In this document: positions 53,616 through 61,687 of the stretch, piece by piece | Numbering within the stretch: the stretch's first letter is position 1 | Layout of the letters: every line of letters begins with the position of its first letter | NCBI GenBank assembly: GCA_037445775.1 | Contig: JBBIJX010000004.1 | Location: forward strand, 1 to 63,418 | Origin: Actinomycetota bacterium | GTDB taxonomy: Bacteria; Actinomycetota; Coriobacteriia; Anaerosomatales; PHET01 | Direction: 5' to 3' | Length of the DNA stretch: 63,418 bases | Translations under genes and position numbers: made by a program | Notes under the pieces: generated by a model | The model's input: only the letters and a program-made list of their open reading frames with translations | What the model was told of the DNA's origin: nothing | The model's database searches: none

Positions 53616-54221
53616 ATGTCCCCGGACCCGGAGGTCACCTTGAGTTCACGCATCACGCTAGTTCCTGTTGCGCCGATAGCGCTTGTCGCCGTCACCTTGA
53701 TGGCGACTGCGATCGCAGCGCTCGTAGGGTGGGCGGGAGTCCCGCAGGCGCGGGCGCTCGCCTCATCGACACTCATCGAATCGGCGGTCATGACTGACAC
53801 GCCCACATGCCCGGAGCCGGACTTCAGCGAAGCAGTCGCTTCGGCGGTTCCGGATGAGGCAGTCGAGCAGATGCTCGCTCCGGTGGTGGAGCGCCCGGCC
53901 ATCAAGAAGCGATCCGTGAGCCGCGTGCGTACGCTGCGCGTCGGCCCGTGGCGCACAGCGCGAGTCTCGTGGTACGGGCCGGGCTTCTACGGCAACACGA
54001 TGGCGGGTGGCGGTAAGCTCAGGCGCGATAGCATGGTCGTCGCGCACCGCTCCATGAAGTTTGGGACGCGGATAGCCTTCAGTTACAAGGGGCGCACCGT
54101 GACCGCCGTCGTCCGAGACCGCGGCCCCTACATCGCGGGTCGCACGTTCGACTTGGGGCCGGGCATCGCCAAGGCGCTGCGATTCCAAGGCGTCGGCGTC
54201 GTCAGGTATCGCGTGCTCTAG
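53616..54221 (+). CDS. RlpA-like double-psi beta-barrel (DPBB) cell-wall protein
   Basis: ARVSWYGPGFYGNTMAGGGKL...VAHRSMKFGTRI...VRDRGPYIAGRTFDL is the RlpA/DPBB signature. An N-terminal hydrophobic anchor is present. Confidence 0.82.
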   Translation: MSPDPEVTLSSRITLVPVAPIALVAVTLMATAIAALVGWAGVPQARALASSTLIESAVMTDTPTCPEPDFSEAVASAVPDEAVEQMLAPVVERPAIKKRSVSRVRTLRVGPWRTARVSWYGPGFYGNTMAGGGKLRRDSMVVAHRSMKFGTRIAFSYKGRTVTAVVRDRGPYIAGRTFDLGPGIAKALRFQGVGVVRYRVL

Positions 54222-54301
54222 AACCGCCCTTGGGCTTCGCGTGTCAACGGCCCAGGTGGGGTACCTATGTTTCGTGACGGTGCCCCGAGGAAGAGACCCC
54301 T

Positions 54302-54700
54302 ATGCCCAAAGACGAGGACCGGACCCACGAGGAGAAGAGCGCCCCTGCGGCGACGGACGAATCGAGCGAGGGAACGAGCGGTGGATCCCCGCCGCGAGTG
54401 ACCGTCGCTGACGCCCTCGCGGACTTCGTGCAGATGTTCGTCGACTACGTGCGCCAGGAGACGGACGACCTCGTCAAGGAGAAGGTCGTGCGGCCCGCTC
54501 AGAAGGCCGGCCAAGTGGTCGCGTTTGCGCTGGCCGCAGCCGGCGTGCTGTTCTTGGGCGTCGGCTTCATCAGCGCCGCTGCGCTGCTCGTCCTCGCGGA
54601 CCTGATGGGATGGCCTGCTGCGCTCACTCTGGTTGGGCTGGTGTTGATAGCGTGCGCCGGCGGATTCACCTATCTCAGAATGAAGAGGATGCAGCGATGA
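54302..54700 (+). CDS. Small two-TM membrane protein, actinobacterial Holin-X/DUF1469-like
   Basis: Acidic N-terminus, the motif FVDYVRQE..., and two TM helices. The stop overlaps the next ATG (ATGA). Confidence 0.55.
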   Translation: MPKDEDRTHEEKSAPAATDESSEGTSGGSPPRVTVADALADFVQMFVDYVRQETDDLVKEKVVRPAQKAGQVVAFALAAAGVLFLGVGFISAAALLVLADLMGWPAALTLVGLVLIACAGGFTYLRMKRMQR

Positions 54701-54942
54701 AAGCGAGCCTGCCCGGTCGCGAGCCGATGGATCGCATCAGTCTCGACGACCTGAAGCATCGGGCGGAGGCGGTGCGCGACCTAGCTGTGAGCGACACCAA
54801 GGACGCGGTCGCCCGTGTGCTTCACCAGGAGGCGACGCGGACGCTGCTGATCGTCGCCGGGATCGTCGTGCTCGCCGCATCCGTCTCCTACCTGCTCGGG
54901 TCCCGCAACGCGCGGGGTTTCCACGGCGGCGACGGGTTCTAG
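54697..54942 (+). CDS. Small single-TM protein
   Basis: ATG 54697 is coupled to the upstream gene. MKASLPGREPMDRISLDDLKHRAE... has one TM segment (LLIVAGIVVLAASVSYLL). Confidence 0.5.
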   Translation: MKASLPGREPMDRISLDDLKHRAEAVRDLAVSDTKDAVARVLHQEATRTLLIVAGIVVLAASVSYLLGSRNARGFHGGDGF

Positions 54943-54954
54943 CTGGCCGCCAAG

Positions 54955-55464
54955 GTGGGCGTCCTTGCAATCGAAAGCGTGACCGTGGACGAGCGGAAGC
55001 TCGAGGCTGTCGTGCGCGTCATCGACACCGCGTTGACGCGTACGTCGGCCGTGCCCGGCGTCGCGACGCGCGCGGTGGCGCTGCTCCCCGGACTTGCGCG
55101 GCACACCTGCGAGAACTCCGACGGGAGATATGCATTGCGCGAGTTCGCGAACACGGAGACGCCGCATCTGCTCGAGCACCTCACCTGCGAGCTCATGGCG
55201 TTGGCGGGCTCGCCGCGGACGCTTCGCGGCGCGACGTCTTGGGATTTCTCCCGCGACGGAGAGGGCGTGTTCCGCGTGTGCCTCGAGTACGACGATGATC
55301 TGGTCGCGCTCGGAGCGCTTCGCGAGGGATGTGCGATCGTCGAGTGGCTGCTGCGGGGAGCGGGCGGCGGCGAGGCACCCGACGTTGATGCGGCTGTCGG
55401 GCGGCTGCGGGCGGCGCGGGGTGGGGCGGCTTCAGGCGGCGGTGGCATCGGCGGCCATTCTTGA
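54955..55464 (+). CDS. Hypothetical protein resembling the stand-alone N-terminal domain of cyanophycin synthetase
   Basis: LLPGLARHTCENSDGRYALREF...TPHLLEHLTCELMALAG...GVFRVCLEYDDD parallels the CphA N-domain pattern LPSL.EH.CS.G....F..R....T...H..EH..LELQ.LAG...Y.V.FEY. The Gly-rich C-terminus follows. Confidence 0.4.
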   Translation: MGVLAIESVTVDERKLEAVVRVIDTALTRTSAVPGVATRAVALLPGLARHTCENSDGRYALREFANTETPHLLEHLTCELMALAGSPRTLRGATSWDFSRDGEGVFRVCLEYDDDLVALGALREGCAIVEWLLRGAGGGEAPDVDAAVGRLRAARGGAASGGGGIGGHS

Positions 55465-55480
55465 CGCGTAGCCATGCGAA

Positions 55481-55511
55481 GTCATACCATAGGTACGAAT
55501 GGGGGTATGAC
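55481..55511. promoter_or_regulatory. Inverted repeat GTCATACC-15 nt-GGTATGAC overlapping the promoter of the RHH-PIN operon
   Basis: TTGACG (55461..55466), an 18-nt spacer, then TACCAT (55485..55490). The inverted-repeat arms are at 55481..55488 and 55504..55511, ending 3 nt before GTG 55514. Confidence 0.5.
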
Positions 55512-55513
55512 TC

Positions 55514-55885
55514 GTGGTGCGCAAGGTGACGATATCGTTGCCCGACGAGCTGGCGACCAGCATCGACGCGGAAGCGTCGGCGCTGGGCGTGTCGCGCAGC
55601 GAACTCGTGCAGGAGGCTAGTGCGCACTACCTCGCGCTGTCGTTGGACGAGCGCGCACGTGAGGGGCTCCGGCGGCGCAGGCTTGACGCGCTCGCGGAGA
55701 TGGCCGCGATCGGCGCCGGCCCAGAAGCGGACCCGCGGCCGAGCCTCGAGATCATCCACGAGGGGCGGGACTTTCCAGACGCGCCCTCATGGGACGCGCC
55801 TGAGCGGGCCGCGTGGGAGGAGTCGGTGGGGTACGCGGAGTGGCGGGCAGGGCTGGGACTCGATGTCCACGACGCTCGTCTTTGA
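55514..55885 (+). CDS. Ribbon-helix-helix (CopG-type) antitoxin
   Basis: KVTISLPDELATSIDAEASALGVSRSELVQEASAHYL. It overlaps the PIN gene by 23 nt. Confidence 0.8.
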   Translation: MVRKVTISLPDELATSIDAEASALGVSRSELVQEASAHYLALSLDERAREGLRRRRLDALAEMAAIGAGPEADPRPSLEIIHEGRDFPDAPSWDAPERAAWEESVGYAEWRAGLGLDVHDARL

Positions 55886-56255
55886 CGCGTCCGCGGCCGT
55901 GAAGTGGTTCCGGCCGCAGGAGCCCGGCGCGGCGGCGGCTCGCTCACTGCTCGAGGACCCGGCGGCCGATGTGTGGCTTCCCGACAACGTGGTGCACGAG
56001 GTCGTGCGGAGCGTCGCTGCGCGCCGTGGCGTGGACGCTGCGGTTCGGGTGTGGGATGCGCTCGCGACCGCCGGGGTACTCGTCGGCCGTGTCGATGCCG
56101 AGCTCGTGAATACGGCGCTGCGCGTCAGCGAGGAGTTCGGATGCACCTACTATGATGCACTTGCGCCGGCACTCGCCCGGCTCGTCGGCGGAACGCTCGT
56201 GTCGGCGGACCGGCGCGCTCACGCGGGGATCCCGGGCGCGCTGATCGTGGGCTGA
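55863..56255 (+). CDS. PIN-domain toxin (VapC-like)
   Basis: ATG 55863 gives MSTTLVFDASAAVKWF...YYDALAPALA...LVSADRRA. It is a paralog of 19135..19554. Confidence 0.8.
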   Translation: MSTTLVFDASAAVKWFRPQEPGAAAARSLLEDPAADVWLPDNVVHEVVRSVAARRGVDAAVRVWDALATAGVLVGRVDAELVNTALRVSEEFGCTYYDALAPALARLVGGTLVSADRRAHAGIPGALIVG

Positions 56256-56585
56256 GTGCGGGCGTCTGCGCGGGGTAGGGCGGCGGTGAGAGCGGTCGTT
56301 GACCAGCACTTCCGCCCGGTGCTACCCTGCGTGGACACTCGGACGCGCGAACCGGGGCTGAACATCGAAGCACCACGGACGTGAGGGAAGAGGGCGCGCG
56401 ACGCACCCAGCCACCCCTCCAAAGTCCCCCGCCAGGGCGGCCCATGCGGCCGAGGGAAGCGGGTCGGTCCCGGACCGGTACCCCGGGAATGAGGCTCCTG
56501 AGGCGGCGTGCTTGGCCGCGGGGAGCGAAGATAGGTGGTACCGCGATGCCCCCTCGCCCTATCAGGCCGAGGGGGCTTTGTTGTT
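56256..56585 (+). promoter_or_regulatory. T-box riboswitch leader (tRNA-sensing transcription attenuator)
   Basis: T-box sequence AUAGGUGGUACCGCG at 56531..56545. Antiterminator: ATAGG-[TGGTACC bulge]-GCG-loop-CGC-CCTAT (56531..56562). It is mutually exclusive with the terminator at 56548..56585. A long imperfect Stem-I-like hairpin spans 56256..56373. Confidence 0.8.
56548..56585 (+). terminator. Intrinsic terminator of the T-box leader
   Basis: GCCCCCTCG-11 nt loop-CGAGGGGGC followed by TTTGTTGTT. It lies 44 nt upstream of ATG 56629. Confidence 0.8.
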
Positions 56586-56628
56586 GTTCGGGGGCCGTCA
56601 AGGGGCCTCCCGGAAGCGGGTGAGAGCG

Positions 56629-57900
56629 ATGGGAACCGCCAGGGTCGTCTTCGACAAGTGGCAAGGACGCTACGCTGAACGTCTCGCGGGCGTGCGGTCC
56701 AGCGCGGTGCGCGACCTGTTCGGCGCCGCGTCTCGTTCCGACATGATCTCGCTTGCCGGCGGCATGCCGGAGGTCTCGCGCGTGCCGGCCGAGGCGGTCG
56801 CGCAAGCGGCGCGCGAAGCGGTGCTGCACGAGGGCGCGCAGGCGCTCCAGTACGGCTCGAGCGAGGGCCGTCCGCAGACGCGCACGCTCGTCGTCGAGCT
56901 CATGGCCGAGATCGGTGTGCGCGTATGTGCCGACGACATCGCAATCACCGCCGGTGCCCAGCAGGGCCTGGACCTTCTGGGGAAGGCGTTCCTGAACCCC
57001 GGCGACGTTGTCATCGCCGAGGGTCCCACCTACCTGGGGGCGCTCCAGGCATTCAGCGCGTATCAGCCCGACGTGCGATGCGTGTCGCTCGACGAGCACG
57101 GCATGCGCATGGACCTCCTCGAGGAGGAGCTCAGGCGCGTGGGGCCGCGCGGCGCCAAGTTCATCTACACGATCCCGAACTTCCACAACCCCGGCGGCGT
57201 GACGATGAGCGCCGAGCGCAGACGCCGGCTGCTGGAGCTTTCGCGCGAGTACGACATCCCGGTGGTCGAGGACGATCCGTACGGCCGTCTGCGCTTCGAG
57301 GGCGGCCACATGAAGCCGCTGCGCGCGCTCGACGACGAGGTCATCTACTTGGGCACATTCAGCAAGATCTTCGCACCGGGACTTCGCTTGGGCTGGGTCG
57401 TGGCGCCCAGGCCCATCCTCGCTAAGCTGTTGCTCGTCAAGCAGGGAACCGATCTGTGCGGGAGTGCGTTCGCGCAGGTGACCGCCGAGCGCTACTTCAC
57501 CGGCACGCGCTGGCGCAAGGTGCTGCAGGGGTTGACGCAGACGTATGCCGAACGGCGTGACGCCATGCTTGCCGCGCTTGAAGAGCACTTTCCCGCGGAG
57601 GCGACGTGGACGCGGCCGGAGGGCGGCTTCTTCGTCTGGGTCGAGCTCCCACCCTACGTCGACTGCGCGAACATGCTCGCCGAAGCGGTCGAGCACGGTG
57701 TCGCGTTCGTGCCCGGCGACGGGTTCTTCCCCGACGGGCGCGGGCGCAACTGCATGCGCCTCGCGTTCTGCTATGCAGAACCGGAGGCGATCGCGGAGGG
57801 CATCCGCCGCTTGGGCGAAGTGCTCGAGGACCGGCTTGAGCTCTACCGAGCGTTCATCGCCGCGGGTGCCATCCCGGCTCCGGGTGCGGATGCGGCGTGA
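56629..57900 (+). CDS. PLP-dependent aminotransferase, class I/II fold (LysN/2-aminoadipate/branched-chain-type subgroup)
   Basis: SLAGGMPE..., QYGSSEG..., TIPNFHNPGG, and TFSKIFAPGLRLGW carrying the PLP lysine. Start set at ATG 56629, downstream of the leader terminator. Confidence 0.85.
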   Translation: MGTARVVFDKWQGRYAERLAGVRSSAVRDLFGAASRSDMISLAGGMPEVSRVPAEAVAQAAREAVLHEGAQALQYGSSEGRPQTRTLVVELMAEIGVRVCADDIAITAGAQQGLDLLGKAFLNPGDVVIAEGPTYLGALQAFSAYQPDVRCVSLDEHGMRMDLLEEELRRVGPRGAKFIYTIPNFHNPGGVTMSAERRRRLLELSREYDIPVVEDDPYGRLRFEGGHMKPLRALDDEVIYLGTFSKIFAPGLRLGWVVAPRPILAKLLLVKQGTDLCGSAFAQVTAERYFTGTRWRKVLQGLTQTYAERRDAMLAALEEHFPAEATWTRPEGGFFVWVELPPYVDCANMLAEAVEHGVAFVPGDGFFPDGRGRNCMRLAFCYAEPEAIAEGIRRLGEVLEDRLELYRAFIAAGAIPAPGADAA

Positions 57901-57922
57901 CGCGGGCGCTCCTTGCGGCCAC

Positions 57923-57941
57923 GTTGTAAACGGTTGTAAAC
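57923..57941 (+). promoter_or_regulatory. Tandem direct repeat GTTGTAAAC-g-GTTGTAAAC (10-bp period), likely RHH operator
   Basis: Read directly, 29 nt upstream of ATG 57970. Confidence 0.5.
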
Positions 57942-57969
57942 TGGTGGGGAACGACGATGGGAGGCCCAC

Positions 57970-58224
57970 ATGGCACGCACTGCGGTGACAATCGGGTTCT
58001 CGGTTCCCCCGGAGGTGGCGGCGTTGGTCGAGCGAATGGCCAAGCGCGAAGGCAAGAGCAAGAGCGAGCTCTTCCGCGACATGGTTCGCGTCTACGAGCG
58101 CGAGCGCGAACTCGAGATCTACGAGGACAATCTCGCGTATGGCCGCGCGAAGGCAGCCGAGCTCGGAATCAAGACCGAAGAGGATGTCGTCCGGCTGATC
58201 CACGAGTGGCGACGGGGTGAATAG
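57970..58224 (+). CDS. Ribbon-helix-helix antitoxin
   Basis: VTIGFSVPPEVAALVERMAKREGKSKSELFRDMVRVY. It overlaps the PIN gene by 8 nt. Confidence 0.8.
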   Translation: MARTAVTIGFSVPPEVAALVERMAKREGKSKSELFRDMVRVYERERELEIYEDNLAYGRAKAAELGIKTEEDVVRLIHEWRRGE

Positions 58225-58633
58225 AATCGTTCTCGATACCAGTGTGTTCGTGTCTGCACACGTGTTCGGCGGAAAGCCCGGTCGGCTCTGGCGCGCTCTT
58301 GTGGATCAGGATGCGCGGCTCGTATCGTCGCCTGCGATTCTTGCCGAGGTTGCGCGCGTTCTCTCTGACAAGTTCGGCATCTCCACTAGTCGAGTCGAGG
58401 CGGTGTTGTTGCAGGCAGCTCGTGTGGGAGAGCTTGTCCGGCCGGTGCGCACCCTTCTCATCGTCGCCGACGAGCCCGACAACCGCGTGTTGGAATGTGC
58501 TGTTGAAGGTGGGGCGGACGCTGTGGTCACCGGAGATCGGGACCTCCCGGACTCGGGCTCCTACTGTGGCATCGACATCGTCACCGTCGCTCACGCACTC
58601 GAGCGGCTCGGCATCAAGGAGGACGCACGATGA
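58217..58633 (+). CDS. PIN-domain toxin (TIGR00305-like PIN_3)
   Basis: MNRIVLDTSVFVSA..., DNRVLECAVEGGADAVVTGDRDL. The stop overlaps the ddl ATG (ATGA). Confidence 0.82.
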   Translation: MNRIVLDTSVFVSAHVFGGKPGRLWRALVDQDARLVSSPAILAEVARVLSDKFGISTSRVEAVLLQAARVGELVRPVRTLLIVADEPDNRVLECAVEGGADAVVTGDRDLPDSGSYCGIDIVTVAHALERLGIKEDAR

Positions 58634-59601
58634 AGCGGAAGATCGCGGTGCTGATGGGCGGCCGTTCGCTTGAGCGCGAGGTGTCCCTCGCGTCCGGAAG
58701 CCGGGTCTGTGATGCGCTCAAGGCGGCTGGCTTCTGCGTGCTCCCGCTTGACGTGACGACGGACCTCGTGGCCACGCTGCGCTCGGAGCGGCCCGATGCG
58801 GCCTACATCGCCCTGCACGGCACGTACGGCGAGGACGGCACGATCCAAGAGCTGCTCGAGTTCCTGCGCATCCCCTACACCGGCCCCGGGGTCGTCTCTT
58901 GCGCGCTGTCCTGGGACAAGTCGGTCGCTAAGCACCTGCTGGCGGAGCACGGGGTGGCGACGCCGCCGTGGATCACACTAACCGCTGACGCGTTCAAGCA
59001 GATGGGTGCCGCCTCCTCAGTCGACGCGATGGGCGAAGCCGTGGGCGGCTTCCCCGTGGCCGTGAAGCCGTGCAAGCAGGGCTCCGCGCTCGGGCTCGAG
59101 CGCATCGATGTGCGTGACGACCTCGCCGAGGCGCTGCTGGATGCGCTCTCGTTCGACGACGCGGTCATCGTGGAGCGTTGGATCGAGGGGGTCGAGCTCG
59201 CCGTGAGCGTCCTCGGCGAGGGTGCCGACATCGACGTGCTTCCGCCGGTGGAGATCGTGCCGAAGCAAACGCTCTACGACTTCGACGCGCGATACGCCGA
59301 AGGTGACACGGACTTCTTCGTGCCTGCCAGGCTTGCCGAGAACGTGCTGGAGCGCGTGGTGGAAGTAGCGGCCCGCGTCCACGATTTGCTGCGATGCCGG
59401 GACGTGAGCCGGGTCGACATGATCGTCGACGCTGACGGCGAGCCGTGGGTGCTCGAGTGCAACGCGTCGCCCGGCATGACAGAGACATCGCTCCTGCCCA
59501 TGGCGGGGCAGGCGGCCGGGATGTCGTTCACGGATGTCGTCACGCGCGTGGCCGAGGCCGCGCTTGCGCGAGCGCGGATTTCGGGTATACAGCAGTCGTG
59601 A
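58630..59601 (+). CDS. ddl: D-alanine--D-alanine ligase
   Basis: KIAVLMGGRSLEREVSLASG, ALHGTYGEDGTIQELLE, ATP-grasp segments, and the C-terminal VLECNASPGMTETSLLP. Confidence 0.93.
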   Translation: MKRKIAVLMGGRSLEREVSLASGSRVCDALKAAGFCVLPLDVTTDLVATLRSERPDAAYIALHGTYGEDGTIQELLEFLRIPYTGPGVVSCALSWDKSVAKHLLAEHGVATPPWITLTADAFKQMGAASSVDAMGEAVGGFPVAVKPCKQGSALGLERIDVRDDLAEALLDALSFDDAVIVERWIEGVELAVSVLGEGADIDVLPPVEIVPKQTLYDFDARYAEGDTDFFVPARLAENVLERVVEVAARVHDLLRCRDVSRVDMIVDADGEPWVLECNASPGMTETSLLPMAGQAAGMSFTDVVTRVAEAALARARISGIQQS

Positions 59602-59666
59602 GGACGACCCGGCTGCGGCCGGGTCATGACGCTGGAGTCTCAACGCATCGAACACGGAGGTGCTTC

Positions 59667-60170
59667 ATGATGTATGACTATCGACGCGGCGGTTCGGTCC
59701 TTGGCGCGTTTCTGCTGGGCGGCCTTGTAGGCGCCGTGCTGGGCTTGCTGTTCGCCCCGCGTTCGGGCAGGGAGACCCGCCAGATCATCGCCGACAGGGC
59801 CGAGGAGTACTGGGGCGAGGGAGTCGAGGTATACAACGTCGGCAAGGAGAAGGTCTCTGAGGCCTACGCGACCGGCAAGGAGAAGGTTGCCGGGACGAGC
59901 GAGCAGCTCAAGACCAAGATCGACGAGGCGCGCGGTCGGCTCCAAGAGCAGGTAGCGAAGTCGGCCGAGGTGGGCCGTGACAAGGTCGCGTCGGTGGCAC
60001 CCGCAGCCAAGGAAGTGGTCGACAAGGCCGCCGAGATGACCAAGGATGGCATCGATATCGCGAGCGCCAAGACCGCGGACACGCTCGACGCAGTCTCGCA
60101 GAAGGCCCGAGGGGCTGTCGCCACGCCGTCCGACTCGCCTGCGGCCGGAAGCGTCGTGCCCGAGGGCTAA
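59667..60170 (+). CDS. YtxH-domain protein
   Basis: ATG 59667 lies 6 nt after GGAGG. GAFLLGGLVGAVLGLLFAPRSGRETR is the YtxH signature, followed by a Lys/Glu-rich helical region. Confidence 0.8.
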   Translation: MMYDYRRGGSVLGAFLLGGLVGAVLGLLFAPRSGRETRQIIADRAEEYWGEGVEVYNVGKEKVSEAYATGKEKVAGTSEQLKTKIDEARGRLQEQVAKSAEVGRDKVASVAPAAKEVVDKAAEMTKDGIDIASAKTADTLDAVSQKARGAVATPSDSPAAGSVVPEG

Positions 60171-60249
60171 CAACCCTGAGACGCTGGTACTATCCGAAGC
60201 CGGCCCCTTGTTCGGGTCGGCTTCGTCGTCCGCGCAAGGAGGAGAATCC

Positions 60250-60972
60250 GTGCTCTCACTGCTCGACGTCATGGGGCGAAAGGTAATGTCCTCGCGCGGC
60301 AAGCGGATCGGGCGCGTTGCGGATGTGCTGTTCGCACCTGATCGCGCGCGCGTTGTGGGCTTGGTCGTGCAGCGTCCCCGTCTGCTGTACCTTCTGGACC
60401 GCAAGGATCGCTATCTCGCGCTCGATCGGTGTGCGATCGGAGCACGCGCAATCGAGGTGGCGGAGTCGCGTGGCGCGTGGGACCGGGCCGCTGCATCCCG
60501 TCTGGGCGTGTCTTGGGACGAGACGGTCATCTGGGTAGGCATGCCGGTCCGCACCGACTCCGGGGAGCGACTCGGCATTGTGAGCGACGGCACGTTCGAT
60601 GCGCAGACCGGCGAACTTGCGAAGCTGGGGCTGAGCGGAGGCCTCACGGCAGACCTCGCCGTGGGCGTCCGCGACGTCGACGCCGCGTCCTTCCGCGGGT
60701 TCGATGGCTCCGCGATCGTGGTCGACGATGACGTGGCGTCGGCCGAGTTCAGCGGCGGTGCTGCTAAGGCCGCCGGCCGGGGGGCCGCGGTCGCGAAGAA
60801 GGTCGGTCAAGACGCTGCAGGGAAGGTCGTCAGCGCCGGAAAGACTGCGGTCGCATACGGTGCGTCGGCCGCTCGGGTGGCTGCGCGGAGCGAGACCGGC
60901 AGGAAGGTGACCGGCTGGCTCAAGGAGCTGAAGGACGACGTCGCGGACGCGAGGCGCGATTCAGACGACTGA
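60250..60972 (+). CDS. PRC-barrel domain protein
   Basis: GTG 60250 follows AAGGAGGAG. The motif LLDVMGRKVMSSRGKRIGRVADVLF occurs, and a second one reads VRTDSGERLGIVSDGTFD. Confidence 0.7.
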   Translation: MLSLLDVMGRKVMSSRGKRIGRVADVLFAPDRARVVGLVVQRPRLLYLLDRKDRYLALDRCAIGARAIEVAESRGAWDRAAASRLGVSWDETVIWVGMPVRTDSGERLGIVSDGTFDAQTGELAKLGLSGGLTADLAVGVRDVDAASFRGFDGSAIVVDDDVASAEFSGGAAKAAGRGAAVAKKVGQDAAGKVVSAGKTAVAYGASAARVAARSETGRKVTGWLKELKDDVADARRDSDD

Positions 60973-61046
60973 GCTGAGCCGCGGATCGGAGCTGGGGTCT
61001 ATACTTGCGTGGCATGTGACGACGGAAGAAGGGACCGGCTCAGACG

Positions 61047-61685
61047 ATGGCGCGCAGGCTGCGGGCTCTCAGCGCAGGCGACTTGGCGCGACTTCCAGCC
61101 GGGTGTGGAGCGTGCGCGTTCTGGGAGAGCGGCGGGGAGCTCGAGCGGCGGTGCGGTTCGGCGTGCGATGAGGCGCTAGTCGCGGCGTGGCACACCCGCG
61201 TGAACGACGAATGGGGTACTTGCGGGCTCATCGCCTACGAGGACGACGAGGTGCTCGGGTTCATCAAGTACGCGCCGAGCGGCTACTTCCCGCAGGCGTT
61301 CACGTTCGCCTCGGCTCCTCGGGACCCGCGCGTGCCGCTCATCGCGTGCATACGCATCTCGCCGGACGCGCGCCACCGAGGGTTGGGCAGCGTGCTTCTG
61401 AAGGGCGCTCTGCGCGACCTTGCCGGCCGCGGAGAACGCCAGGTCGAGGCGTTCGGCGTGGTCCAGAAGCCTACTGTGCTCGATGACTCCCCGCTTCTGG
61501 GCGTCGATTTCCTGGTGCGTAACGGCTTCACGGTGTCGCGGGCGGACGCGGTCCACCCGCTCCTGAAGCTCGACCTGAAGGCGCTCGTCATGTGGACCGA
61601 GAACCTCGAGGCGGTGCTCGACTCGCTCAGGCTGCCCGCGCGGCTGCCCAAGCGCGCTCCAGCGTCATGGATGAACGGAGGGTAG
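61047..61685 (+). CDS. GNAT-family N-acetyltransferase
   Basis: Acetyl-CoA motif A is ISPDARHRGLGSVLLKGAL. Confidence 0.75.
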   Translation: MARRLRALSAGDLARLPAGCGACAFWESGGELERRCGSACDEALVAAWHTRVNDEWGTCGLIAYEDDEVLGFIKYAPSGYFPQAFTFASAPRDPRVPLIACIRISPDARHRGLGSVLLKGALRDLAGRGERQVEAFGVVQKPTVLDDSPLLGVDFLVRNGFTVSRADAVHPLLKLDLKALVMWTENLEAVLDSLRLPARLPKRAPASWMNGG

Positions 61686-61687
61686 GG

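Noticed and set aside
56430-56500. SRP RNA or cobalamin riboswitch, suggested by CCGCCAGGGCGG...GAGGGAAGCGGGTCGGTCCCGG
   Set aside because: It lacks the SRP GGAAGCAGC loop symmetry and the B12 box (GCCACTG). The region is better explained as the Stem II/III portion of the T-box leader, whose antiterminator and terminator are unambiguous.
56125-58203. 692-aa minus-strand ORF
   Set aside because: It is antisense to the aminotransferase, which has clear PLP-fold motifs, and it spans the T-box leader and part of two TA genes. It has no recognisable motifs and the biased Arg/Pro/Gly composition.
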